39,055 nucleotides of DNA, taken from Arcobacteraceae bacterium. GTDB taxonomy: Bacteria > Campylobacterota > Campylobacteria > Campylobacterales > Arcobacteraceae. The stretch covers positions 1-39,055 of the forward strand of contig JBLWVX010000024.1 of NCBI GenBank assembly GCA_048268245.1. Reading direction: 5' to 3'. Both the position numbers and the translations under genes were made by a program. Under the pieces are notes generated by a model. The model was not told the DNA's origin. It worked only from the letters and a program-made list of their open reading frames with translations, and did no database searches. The stretch's first letter is position 1. Each line of letters begins with the position of its first letter. Below are positions 27,404-37,129 of this stretch, piece by piece.

Positions 27404-27835
27404 TTTTAAAGAGTATCTAATCTTTCGGTATCTTTTTTTATCTAAAGTTATAAATACTCTTTTAAAATCTATTTTGTTTTTTAAAATTTTTGCTTCTCTA
27501 GCCTTAAAAGGTGTATCTTTATACTTTCCAACTATGTCAAATATAATAAAACTACCTTCTAAAAAATAGCCTTTCTTAAAACTAATTAATAAATCTTTTT
27601 TTGAATAACTTCCATCTGTATAAAATGATGATTTTGAAAGAATTTCTTTTTTATTATAAAATCTAAATTTTTTTAAAGTATCATAATTTATTGTTTTTGA
27701 TTTTGCTTCTATTTTATATTTAATATTTTGATTATCTATTTTATACTCTTTTATATCACTAAGTATTATTTCTGTAGCATAAAGATTAATAGAAAAAGAA
27801 AGTAAAGTAAAGAGAAGAAAATATTTCTTTTTCAT
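27395..27835 (-). CDS. Hypothetical exported basic protein
   Basis: Clear signal peptide (MKKKY...NLYA), Lys-rich beta-strand-like mature part, GGA SD. Confidence 0.65.
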   Translation of the reverse strand: MKKKYFLLFTLLSFSINLYATEIILSDIKEYKIDNQNIKYKIEAKSKTINYDTLKKFRFYNKKEILSKSSFYTDGSYSKKDLLISFKKGYFLEGSFIIFDIVGKYKDTPFKAREAKILKNKIDFKRVFITLDKKRYRKIRYSLKLN

Positions 27836-27863
27836 TATTTATCCAAATTTTTCTTCATTTTAC

Positions 27864-27891
27864 TAAAAAGAGAGTAAAAACTCTCTTTTTA
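27864..27891 (-). terminator. Intrinsic terminator after the giant lipoprotein gene (possibly bidirectional)
   Basis: Perfect 12-bp inverted repeat TAAAAAGAGAGT-AAAA-ACTCTCTTTTTA, 7 nt past the stop codon. Confidence 0.8.
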
Positions 27892-27898
27892 TTATAAA

Positions 27899-30800
27899 TT
27901 AATTACTTGGATTGATACCTGTTTCATCTTGAAAGAACTGTAATGCATCACTTCCAGTATAAATATAATCAGAACCTTGATAACCAACTAATAAAGTTTC
28001 AGTTTCAACAATTTTATTATACTGATTTAACTCAAAAGCAAATTTTACTTTGTAATCTGTAGATAAATCAACAACTATTTGATTACCTATAGTTTCCCAA
28101 CTTGCACTATTTATAATATCTCCATAAGTATAGTTATCTCCGTATTCATCAGAACCTGTTAATACAGCCTTCACTACTACACCAGAAGGTTTCAACATAA
28201 AAGTATCATCTCCACCAAAGTAAGTATAACCATTAGTAAATACTGTTTCTAATTCTTGAACTGAAGTAGCTCCATGATCATTCCAATCCCAAGTATTAGT
28301 ATCTACAGTTTCTTTCTTTATAGTGAAAACAAGATCACTTTTAAATAAATCCGTATATCCAGATACAGCTATTGTATTTTTAATTTCAATAAACTCCTCA
28401 ATAGAATTAGCATTATCTAAAATATTCAAAGTACTTCCAGTTAAAAACTCTGTTTTTATTGTTTCAGATTCATTATAAGCAAACGTACCTGAGCTATTTT
28501 TATCATACATATCTAAAGTAATTGAATCAGTATCAACTGACATAATGTCATACCAATCATCTGATCCTGCTAATATTGCTATATCACCAGTTGATAGAGT
28601 TGCTAATTCAGCTGGAGTTACTGCTTCAAAACTATGAACTCTAAATTGTGTTGGTTTAGTAACTTCGTCATATAAATAAGCTCTATCTCCATTTGTTCTC
28701 ATTGAAGCTCTAAACTGTACTCCATCAATTCCTAAATCAGTAGCACCTGTAACAGATACAGTCTTTTCTGTATATGATTCTACTTCACTTCCAGAACCAT
28801 CTACTTTACTTACATTAAATTTAATATCAGCTCCATCAATAGAAATGCTACCTTTAAATTTACCTGTAGAAGCATCTTCAATAACAGTAACAATTCCAGA
28901 TGCAATAGTTCCACTTGCAATTTGCATTTCATTTTCCCAGTTAGAATCGTATTTGTAAACTCTATACTTAATACTTCCATCTCTGAATTCTAATGTACTC
29001 CAAATATTATCACCAGAAGCATTTACATTTTCCATTGATGAATTCATTGCACCTCTACTTACAGGACCACCATCATTTATATTATCAGATGCAGTATCAA
29101 CATCCTTAAGTCTCATAAATGCAGTTATCTCAGATTTTGCAGTAGAAAAATACCTTGCTGCTTCTGCTCTAGAATCAGTATTTTCTTTTTTGTAAGCATT
29201 TATAATATAAGTTCCCGTATCTTCATCAACTTTTACATCATTACCACTTACTAAATATCTTTCATCTTTTTTCTGATTTTTCCACTTTTTATCACCAAAT
29301 CCATCAAAATAGATATCGTCATCTTTGAACATAAAGTCCATCATATCTTGTCCAGATAATACTGTATTATCAATTTTTGTCATGTTAAGAATAATATTAT
29401 CAATCTTAGAATTATCAGCAGTTGGCACAAGTTGAGGCTCTACTTGAACTTCTTCATAATAGTAATATGATGTATCATTAAATGAGTCATACCAATCTAG
29501 TACTTTACACTCAAGATTTCCTCTAATAATTGCTTGTTCAGATGAAACCATAATTCCTTCTTCACAAAGGTTTTGCCAGCTTGTTCCTATACTTGTTACG
29601 TCAAGTGCAGTTGAAGCATCAAATAATTTAGATAAATCTATTTTTACTTGTTTAATTTCATCATCATCTTCAATATCGATAACATATGGATTAGAACCAT
29701 TAGTATCTGATAATGAAAGTTTAACAGCTTCCATATCCGCTTTATCATCAGCTGTTAATCCTTCATCACTTGGATCATTCTCATCAGCACCATGACCTAC
29801 TGGTAAATCAAGTAATAAATCAATAGAAGCAATTAGGTTTGCTTTTGCATCAGGAAGTCTACTAGATGCTGCAGATGTTAACTTATAAACATTTTGATTA
29901 TTAAATATTGAAGCAGGGTCAACATCTACTGTTGAGTATTCATAAATAGTTCCACCAATATCTTTTTCTTTAATTTCAATATCAGAATCAGCTATCCATT
30001 GATAAGAAGCCCACTGTTTGAATTGAGCAGATAAGGCTAATAATCCAGCTCTTAATTCTAGTGACTCATTGTAATTCATAGTTTCACCATCATAACTATA
30101 AACATCTTCTGAAGAAGTAAATAAATTACCAAATTCATCACTAATCTTCATTAGTTCATCTGCTACATTATTTAATCTATCCATACTAACAGAACTTAGA
30201 TTAGTGATATTATCAGGAACATCTGCAGTTATAACATCAGAAGTCATAGATCTAATTAATCTATTTAATTGTGTTGTTCCATCTAACGAAGTTGTATCAT
30301 ATTCAACTAAAGGTGTAATTGTACTGTCATTTAAGATTTCAGCAGTATCAATCATTAAACTAACAATCTTAGCTTCAGGAGTTGTATTTCCATCTAATAA
30401 AGCCTTAGCTTCATCTAGTTTTGTATCAATATTTTCAATTTCAGGGTCAATTGATTCAAGTTTTTTAATTGCAGCATCAACATCAGCATTTAATGGAGTA
30501 CTTCCATCACTTACAGTAATACTTGCACTATATTCAGATGAATACTCACCATTAGAATCTTTCACTTTAAATGCAAAAGTATCTGTTCCAATAAATCCTT
30601 CATCTGTTGTATATGTAAATGTACCATCTGGATTTAATGTTAAAATTCCACCACTTATTGGTTGAGATAATTCGAATGTAATAGTATCATTAGTATCTAC
30701 ATCATTACCAGTTAATGTACCATTTAAAGTTAAAGACTCAGAACTATTAAGAGTAAATGACTGGTTAGATGAAGTTGGTGCATCATTTGTATTTTCTACA

Positions 30801-33166
30801 CTAATAGTAAATGTATGAGAAACAGATAAACCAAGCTTATCTGTAGCAGTAATACTTACTTCAGTATCTCCTACATTATCATTTCCTGCTAAAATAGAAA
30901 GTGTACTTCCAGTTAAAGTAATCCATGATGGTAATGTTGTTCCTTCTTTAGATGTAAATGTTAATTCATCATTTGTATCTATATCACTAAAGTAATCATT
31001 TAAATCAATATTAGTTTCTTGATCTTCTTGGAACTGTGAATCTATAACAGATACAGATACTACAGGAGCATCATTTTTATCTCTTACATCTAAAGTAAAT
31101 ATATCTGAAACTTCAAGATTTTCACTATCAGATGCAGTAACAACAATACTTAATGGTGTAGTAGTAATATCAGCATTTCCTGGAGTTCCATTAAATACAC
31201 CATTTTCAAAACTTAACCATGATGGAAGAGAAGCTCCACCTTCTAAAGTAGCAGCATAAATTAAAACATCTCCTGAATCAGTATCAACATCTTCAAAATT
31301 AGATTTAATATCTAATGTAAACTCTACTGTTTGTTCAGCAGCAGTATCAGCAATAGCAGTTTTTACTGTTGGAGCATCGTTTACATTATTTACAGTTAAA
31401 GTAAAGATATCAGAAACCTTTTCACCTTTTTTATCTGTAGCAGTAACTTTTAAACTATGAGTACCTACATTTATATCTGTAGGTGTAGCTGTTAGTATTC
31501 CATTTTCAAAACCCAACCATGAAGGAAGTAAAGTTCCATCTTCAAGTGTAACATCAAATGTTAATTCATCATTTGCATCAACATCTGCAAAATGTGGTTT
31601 GACATCAATAGAAAGTGTATTGTCATCTTCATTTATAGAAGCATCAGCAATTTCATTTGACAATGTAGGAGCATCATTTACATTTAATACTTCAACAAAA
31701 ATCTTTTTAGTTCCAAGTACACTATTTCCATTATTAACTGTTAAAGTATAATTATATATACCAACATTTGAATTAGATGGATTTGTTAATACTAATTTCT
31801 TATTTTCCACATCATTTGTAATCCACGCAGGTAAACCTTCCACAGTATATGTAAAGCTTTCATATCCATCTATATTATAGAATAATTCATTAAAAGATAG
31901 TTCAACACTATTACTTTGTTTAACTTTTATATTAGAAATAGATACTTGTTTAACTTTTCTTTCGTTAATCTTATTTAAAATCTCTTCATATTGAGGATAT
32001 TCTTCAATAAAATCTGAATTAATCACTTCATAGAAATTGTTAAATTCAATTATGGGATCAGTTATAGCTACTAATGCAGCAGCTACAGCAGCAGTATCTC
32101 CACTAACTCTTAAAAGATCTAACTCATTTTTAATACCAATTTCTCTTAATTCATCTTTTGTTTTAGTAAAAATTTCAGAATTTTGGTCTAATGTTTCTAC
32201 AATATTAGATAAATCTTCTTCATTCTCAATGGCTTCTTCTAATTTTGAAGTTTGATTTTCTACTACAATAATTACTTTTTCTACTAAGTCTTCAAAAGAG
32301 TCGCCTTCTGTTTCCATGTTTTCAAAAGCTGCATCAATATTATCAGAAATCTTTTCAATATTTGAAGTAACATTAGTTGTTAAAACTACACCTGTTAACT
32401 TTCTTAACTCAGAATTAGTATCTTCAGTCTCTAATCTTGTTTCCTCTACAACTTTTGCTAGATCTGCAGTATTATCATTTTTTAATTTTTCAACTTTTTT
32501 TGCAAGTGTTTCAACAACTTTATCTTGAATATCACTTTCAGAAGTCGTACCATTATCAAGTGCAGTGGTAATTAACTCAACTGTTTTTTGAATCTGTAAA
32601 GCAACTTTATTTAACTCTTTATTTGCAGAGGAGATAAAATCTGCATCAATATCAGTACCTTCACTAACACCTAAAACTGTTTTTAATGTTTCTTTCTTAC
32701 TATCAATAATTTGTTTAATCTGTTCTTCAGTTTTTCCTGATAGGTCTTCACCTTTTACCATTTTAGAAACAACAGTAGTCATAGGAGTTAAGTTTGTGTC
32801 CCCTCCACTATTAGGTGCTTCAAGTTTACCTTCAAAAGCTTGGTTAGTATCTGTATCAATACCTCCTACTGCAACTAATGGTGCAATATTAAAGTTTTCA
32901 TGATTTTTTTGTTCTGTAGTTAAACTAATAGAGTAACTACCATTATCATCTGTAATATCAAAGGGTTCTAAACCAGTAGTAAATGCTCCATTTAAATCAA
33001 GATCAAGGAATACTCTAGAACCTTTAATATAACCATCAATAGCTTTCCCTTTTAATGTAGTTGTCTCAGAAGAAGTATTAATACCTCCTCCACCTCCACC
33101 ACAACCAACTAACATACCTGCAACAACTGTAGATATTAAAGTATTCTTTACAATATTACTTCCCAT
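27899..33166 (-). CDS. 1755-aa acidic surface lipoprotein with cadherin-like/Ig (He_PIG, Big_9-type) repeats; putative adhesin
   Basis: Lipobox LVG|C then GGGGGG tether; GKAIDGYIKGSRVFLDLDLNG; four NDAP linkers, LPSWL and D.D..D.LTF Ca2+-binding motifs; AAGGAG SD. Confidence 0.88.
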   Translation of the reverse strand: MGSNIVKNTLISTVVAGMLVGCGGGGGGINTSSETTTLKGKAIDGYIKGSRVFLDLDLNGAFTTGLEPFDITDDNGSYSISLTTEQKNHENFNIAPLVAVGGIDTDTNQAFEGKLEAPNSGGDTNLTPMTTVVSKMVKGEDLSGKTEEQIKQIIDSKKETLKTVLGVSEGTDIDADFISSANKELNKVALQIQKTVELITTALDNGTTSESDIQDKVVETLAKKVEKLKNDNTADLAKVVEETRLETEDTNSELRKLTGVVLTTNVTSNIEKISDNIDAAFENMETEGDSFEDLVEKVIIVVENQTSKLEEAIENEEDLSNIVETLDQNSEIFTKTKDELREIGIKNELDLLRVSGDTAAVAAALVAITDPIIEFNNFYEVINSDFIEEYPQYEEILNKINERKVKQVSISNIKVKQSNSVELSFNELFYNIDGYESFTYTVEGLPAWITNDVENKKLVLTNPSNSNVGIYNYTLTVNNGNSVLGTKKIFVEVLNVNDAPTLSNEIADASINEDDNTLSIDVKPHFADVDANDELTFDVTLEDGTLLPSWLGFENGILTATPTDINVGTHSLKVTATDKKGEKVSDIFTLTVNNVNDAPTVKTAIADTAAEQTVEFTLDIKSNFEDVDTDSGDVLIYAATLEGGASLPSWLSFENGVFNGTPGNADITTTPLSIVVTASDSENLEVSDIFTLDVRDKNDAPVVSVSVIDSQFQEDQETNIDLNDYFSDIDTNDELTFTSKEGTTLPSWITLTGSTLSILAGNDNVGDTEVSITATDKLGLSVSHTFTISVENTNDAPTSSNQSFTLNSSESLTLNGTLTGNDVDTNDTITFELSQPISGGILTLNPDGTFTYTTDEGFIGTDTFAFKVKDSNGEYSSEYSASITVSDGSTPLNADVDAAIKKLESIDPEIENIDTKLDEAKALLDGNTTPEAKIVSLMIDTAEILNDSTITPLVEYDTTSLDGTTQLNRLIRSMTSDVITADVPDNITNLSSVSMDRLNNVADELMKISDEFGNLFTSSEDVYSYDGETMNYNESLELRAGLLALSAQFKQWASYQWIADSDIEIKEKDIGGTIYEYSTVDVDPASIFNNQNVYKLTSAASSRLPDAKANLIASIDLLLDLPVGHGADENDPSDEGLTADDKADMEAVKLSLSDTNGSNPYVIDIEDDDEIKQVKIDLSKLFDASTALDVTSIGTSWQNLCEEGIMVSSEQAIIRGNLECKVLDWYDSFNDTSYYYYEEVQVEPQLVPTADNSKIDNIILNMTKIDNTVLSGQDMMDFMFKDDDIYFDGFGDKKWKNQKKDERYLVSGNDVKVDEDTGTYIINAYKKENTDSRAEAARYFSTAKSEITAFMRLKDVDTASDNINDGGPVSRGAMNSSMENVNASGDNIWSTLEFRDGSIKYRVYKYDSNWENEMQIASGTIASGIVTVIEDASTGKFKGSISIDGADIKFNVSKVDGSGSEVESYTEKTVSVTGATDLGIDGVQFRASMRTNGDRAYLYDEVTKPTQFRVHSFEAVTPAELATLSTGDIAILAGSDDWYDIMSVDTDSITLDMYDKNSSGTFAYNESETIKTEFLTGSTLNILDNANSIEEFIEIKNTIAVSGYTDLFKSDLVFTIKKETVDTNTWDWNDHGATSVQELETVFTNGYTYFGGDDTFMLKPSGVVVKAVLTGSDEYGDNYTYGDIINSASWETIGNQIVVDLSTDYKVKFAFELNQYNKIVETETLLVGYQGSDYIYTGSDALQFFQDETGINPSN
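30490..31920 (-). repeat. About five tandem 100-aa cadherin/Ig-like units inside the lipoprotein
   Basis: NDAP codons near 31670, 31372, 31066, 30778; CATTTTCAAAAC..AACCATGA.GGAAG at 31201 and 31501; AATGTTAATTCATCATTTG at 30957 and 31557. Confidence 0.8.
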
Positions 33167-33209
33167 TTTATGTCTCCTTACATATACAAAGTTAATAACT
33201 TAAACTATT

Positions 33210-33237
33210 ATTACAATATCTTTACATTATTTTTACA
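33210..33237 (-). promoter_or_regulatory. Three direct TGTAA(A/T) repeats at 11-bp period; likely OmpR/PhoB-family regulator site
   Basis: Minus strand TGTAAA-aataa-TGTAAA-gatat-TGTAAT; plus-strand TTACA at 33211, 33222, 33233. Confidence 0.55.
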
Positions 33238-33448
33238 TAATAAAACTTAAACTTTTAAACAAAAAACAACTATAAAACAATATTTTTTTAGCTTTAGCAT
33301 CAAATAATATCAAAAATTATAACATTTCAAATAACTAATTAATATTATTTAAAATGATACCAGCCATTATTTACAATTTGATTTCAAATGATAAAATAAA
33401 AATATTTATTTTCATCTAGATTAATAATAATTTAGATAAAATATCTCT

Positions 33449-34159
33449 ATGGTAGATAAAGTATTTGAAAAATCAATAACAAAACAGTTTGAGTTCGATG
33501 AAGATGTTGCATCAGTATTTGATGATATGCTAAATAGGTCTGTTCCTTTTTATAAAGAGATGCAAAGATTATCTATAAACTTTGCTTGTAACTTTTTGGA
33601 AGAAGATGACAAAGTATATGATTTAGGATGTTCAACTGCCTCAACACTTATAGAGTTATCAAAACATTGTGAAAAAAATTTAAACCTTATAGGTATAGAT
33701 AACTCAGAAGCTATGCTTAGTCGTGCTTCAAAAAAAGCAAAAGCTTTTGGTGTAGATATTGATTTAATAAACGCTGATTTACATGACGTTTCATATGAAA
33801 ATGCAAAACTTGTACTTTCAAACTATACACTTCAATTTATAAGACCACTTCAAAGAGAAAAATTAGTTAAAAAAATTTATGACTCTCTAGAAGATAAAGG
33901 TATTTTTATATTTAGTGAGAAAGTAATCTCTTCAAACCCAACTTTAAATAAACAATCAATTGATGAATATTATGAGTTTAAAAAAACTCAAGGGTACTCA
34001 GAGTTTGAGATAGCTCAAAAAAGAGAAGCATTAGAAAATGTCTTGATACCATATACAGAAGATGAAAATAAACAAATGATAAAAGATGCAGGTTTCTCAC
34101 ATTGTGAGACTATATTTAAATGGGTAAACTTTGCCACATTTATAGCAATAAAAGAATAA
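33449..34159 (+). CDS. cmoA: Carboxy-S-adenosyl-L-methionine synthase
   Basis: [53 protein letters not shown]. Confidence 0.96.
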   Translation: MVDKVFEKSITKQFEFDEDVASVFDDMLNRSVPFYKEMQRLSINFACNFLEEDDKVYDLGCSTASTLIELSKHCEKNLNLIGIDNSEAMLSRASKKAKAFGVDIDLINADLHDVSYENAKLVLSNYTLQFIRPLQREKLVKKIYDSLEDKGIFIFSEKVISSNPTLNKQSIDEYYEFKKTQGYSEFEIAQKREALENVLIPYTEDENKQMIKDAGFSHCETIFKWVNFATFIAIKE

Positions 34160-34170
34160 AGGACAATTAT

Positions 34171-34677
34171 ATGTTAGAAATAGGAACAAAAGCACCTGAT
34201 TTTTGTGCACCAAATCAAGATGATATTGAGATTTGCTCAAGAGATTTAAAAGGTAAATGGATTGTTTTATACTTCTATCCAAAAGATATGACTCCTGGTT
34301 GTACTACACAAGCTTGTGACTTTACAGAAGCACATCCCAAATTTGATGATTTAGATGCTGTAATTTTAGGTGTAAGTCCTGATGATGCTCAAAAGCATAG
34401 AAAATTTATCGAGAAAAAAGAGTTATCTATCACACTATTAGCTGATGTTGATAAAAAAATGTGTGAAGATTACGGTGTATGGCAACTAAAAAAATTCATG
34501 GGCAAAGAGTTTATGGGAGTTGTTAGAAGTACATTTATTATTAATCCAGAAGGTGAAATAGCAGCAGTTTGGGAAAAAGTAAATGTAAGAAAAAAGAAAA
34601 CTGTAAAAGGTGAAAAAATAGAGATTGTACATGTAGAAGAAGTTAGAAAAAAACTTCAAGAACTACAACAAGCATAA
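34171..34677 (+). CDS. bcp: Thioredoxin-dependent peroxiredoxin Bcp
   Basis: LYFYPKDMTPGCTTQACDF, GVSPD, RSTFII; start placed at MLEIG (34171) after AAGGA SD rather than ORF start 34120. Confidence 0.96.
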   Translation: MLEIGTKAPDFCAPNQDDIEICSRDLKGKWIVLYFYPKDMTPGCTTQACDFTEAHPKFDDLDAVILGVSPDDAQKHRKFIEKKELSITLLADVDKKMCEDYGVWQLKKFMGKEFMGVVRSTFIINPEGEIAAVWEKVNVRKKKTVKGEKIEIVHVEEVRKKLQELQQA

Positions 34678-34691
34678 ACATAGGATTTATA

Positions 34692-35735
34692 ATGAATAGA
34701 CTTTTAAATAAAATTACAATTATTGGTTCATCTTTACTTTTAAGTGCCACACTTGCAAGTGCCGAAACTACAGTTTGTTATAAAGATAAGTGGAATACAC
34801 CTTCAACTATTGAAACTACAAAACTTGATGGTGGTTTATGTGAAGGTAAATTTTCAGTAAAAGACATGGAAGAGAAAGGTTGGAGAGTCTTAGATATAAA
34901 AATTGAATCTAACCAAAACTCTCTAAGTTATAAATATCTACTTACAAGTAACAAACTAACAAAAAAAGAGATTAAAAAAGTTGATACAAATGAAAATACT
35001 CAAAAACTTTCATATCAAGCTTTTGGTGTAAAAATAGATAATATTAAAAACAATAAGACAATAATTGATATTGGGAACTTAATAGTTGGTCAAAGTGGAG
35101 TAGTAATACATCTTCATGATAAAGACAAAAGACTTATTGTTGCGAATGCAAAAGTTATAAGTTCTGATGACACAAGTTCAACTGTAGAATTTAGTAAGTT
35201 TGATGATATAAAACAAGATGCCTTACCAACTTCAAAAAGAGAAGTACAAAAAGGTGATATTTTAGCACTTAACTATCTTTATACTTCATCAATGCTAATA
35301 GCACCAAACCAAGAAGCATTTCAAATAGTAAGAGAAAACTTCAAGTACAACAACTTTTTACACTCAGATGTATTTGCAGCTCAACTAAAAGTAAATGAAG
35401 AAGCATTGCCTTCTAAAAAGTCTATTCAAGAATTTGCAATCAAACAAAACCTAAGAACAATATTTATTGTTATAGAAAATAAAGTATATATTGTAGATGT
35501 AAAAACATTTAAAACATTAACAAATTATGATATTAACTACAACTCTTCAAAATCAGAGCTGCCATTTTATACAAGAATTGAAGATATAGAAGATGCTCCT
35601 TTAGATTTTGATTTTAGTTTTAATTTATCTATTTTAAACTTTTTATTAGATGAAGAAGACAAATTTGATGAAAAAAAATCATCTAAAACTAATAGTTATG
35701 AAGACTATTATAAAAATATTTTAGGAATTAACTAA
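34692..35735 (+). CDS. Exported protein with plasminogen-binding PgbA N-terminal-like domain
   Basis: Signal peptide; LIVGQSGVV, QDALPT...KGD..LNYLY...LIAPN...FLHSD.F, PFYTRI; sits before a glcD-like gene as in Helicobacter and Campylobacter. Confidence 0.8.
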   Translation: MNRLLNKITIIGSSLLLSATLASAETTVCYKDKWNTPSTIETTKLDGGLCEGKFSVKDMEEKGWRVLDIKIESNQNSLSYKYLLTSNKLTKKEIKKVDTNENTQKLSYQAFGVKIDNIKNNKTIIDIGNLIVGQSGVVIHLHDKDKRLIVANAKVISSDDTSSTVEFSKFDDIKQDALPTSKREVQKGDILALNYLYTSSMLIAPNQEAFQIVRENFKYNNFLHSDVFAAQLKVNEEALPSKKSIQEFAIKQNLRTIFIVIENKVYIVDVKTFKTLTNYDINYNSSKSELPFYTRIEDIEDAPLDFDFSFNLSILNFLLDEEDKFDEKKSSKTNSYEDYYKNILGIN

Positions 35736-37123
35736 TGATAAAACAAGAACATTTAGATTATTTAACATCTATTGTTGGAGAAGAAAATGTGAAAGCTGAC
35801 AAAGCTCACTTAATTGCTTATTGTTACGATGCAACAAGAGAGAGATTTGAACCAGATGCAGTAATTTTTCCAAGAGATGAACAAGATATTTCAAAGATAT
35901 TAAAATTTTGTAATGAAAACAAAATAGTAATTGTACCAAGAGGTGCAGGTTCTGGATTTACAGGTGGAGCATTACCATCAAATGGTGGTATTATTTTATC
36001 ACTTGAAAGACATATGAACAAACTTCTTGAAATTGATATGGAAAATATGGTTGGAGTAGTTCAGCCAGGACTTATTAATATGGATTTTCAAAAAGCGGTT
36101 GAAGAAGTTGGATTATTTTATCCACCAGACCCTGCAAGTGAAAACTACTCTACACTAGGTGGAAACGTAAGTGAAAATGCAGGTGGGATGAGAGCTGCAA
36201 AGTATGGAATTACAAAAGATTATGTTGTTGCTCTAAGAGCTGTTTTACCAAATGGTGAAATCATAACAGCTGGTAAAAAAACTATTAAAGATGTTGCAGG
36301 GTATAACACTGCAGGTATTTTAATAGCAAGTGAAGGAACACTTGCAGTAATTACTGAAATCACTTTAAAATTAATTCCAAAACCAAAGTTTAAGCAAACA
36401 TATATGGGTGTTTTCCCAGATGTAAACAAAGCGATGAATGCTGTATTTAAATCACTTGCAAGCGGTGCTAATCCAGTTGCTATGGAATTTTTAGATGCAT
36501 TAGTTATTAAAGCGTTAAGAGAAAAGTTCCCACAAGTTGAATTACCTGAAAATGCTGGTGGTATTTTAGTTGGAGATGTTGATGGTTCATCACAAGCAGA
36601 AGTTGACTCACAAATACAAACACTAAAAGAAGCATTTGCAAAATTTGGTTCAGTTGATTTTATTGAAGCAAAAGATGAAGCACATGGAAATGCACTTTGG
36701 TTCGCAAGAAGAAATGCAAGTCCAGCTACAATGATTTATGGAACAAAAAAGCTAAATGAAGATATTTCAGTACCAAGATCTAAACTTCCTGAAGCCTTAG
36801 ATGCAATTTATGCAATTGGTGAAAAATATGGATTTAATGTTCCTTGTTTTGGACATGCAGGAGATGGAAATATACATGTTAATGTAATGGTAAAAGACAA
36901 AACAAATCCAAAAGAAATGGAAGATGGACACAAAGCAATTGAAGATATTTTCCAAATGGTTTGTGATATGGGTGGTACATTATCAGGGGAACATGGTATT
37001 GGATTATCAAAAGCTCCATTTATGAATATTGCATTTAATGAAGCAGAGATTGAACTATTTAGAAGTATTAAAAAAGCTTTCGATCCAAATAATATTTTAA
37101 ATCCATTTAAAATGGGACTTTAA
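35735..37123 (+). CDS. glcD: FAD-linked oxidase, glycolate oxidase GlcD-like
   Basis: PRGAGSGFTGG, YPPDPAS, GGN..ENAGG, KYG.T, SEGTL, GHAGDGNIH, SGEHGIG, DP.NILNP. Confidence 0.9.
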   Translation: MIKQEHLDYLTSIVGEENVKADKAHLIAYCYDATRERFEPDAVIFPRDEQDISKILKFCNENKIVIVPRGAGSGFTGGALPSNGGIILSLERHMNKLLEIDMENMVGVVQPGLINMDFQKAVEEVGLFYPPDPASENYSTLGGNVSENAGGMRAAKYGITKDYVVALRAVLPNGEIITAGKKTIKDVAGYNTAGILIASEGTLAVITEITLKLIPKPKFKQTYMGVFPDVNKAMNAVFKSLASGANPVAMEFLDALVIKALREKFPQVELPENAGGILVGDVDGSSQAEVDSQIQTLKEAFAKFGSVDFIEAKDEAHGNALWFARRNASPATMIYGTKKLNEDISVPRSKLPEALDAIYAIGEKYGFNVPCFGHAGDGNIHVNVMVKDKTNPKEMEDGHKAIEDIFQMVCDMGGTLSGEHGIGLSKAPFMNIAFNEAEIELFRSIKKAFDPNNILNPFKMGL

Positions 37124-37129
37124 TGACAA

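Noticed and set aside
33084..33101. Gly-codon run as a phase-variable tract
   Set aside because: Mixed GGT/GGA codons, not a homopolymer; no long poly-G/C tract was seen anywhere in the window
34120..34170. 17-aa N-terminal extension of Bcp in the ORF track
   Set aside because: Overlaps cmoA; the AAGGA SD supports the ATG at 34171
30204..36429. Antisense ORFs at 30204, 32037, 32316, 34097, 35824, 36220
   Set aside because: Shadows of the lipoprotein, cmoA/bcp and glcD genes; no independent evidence
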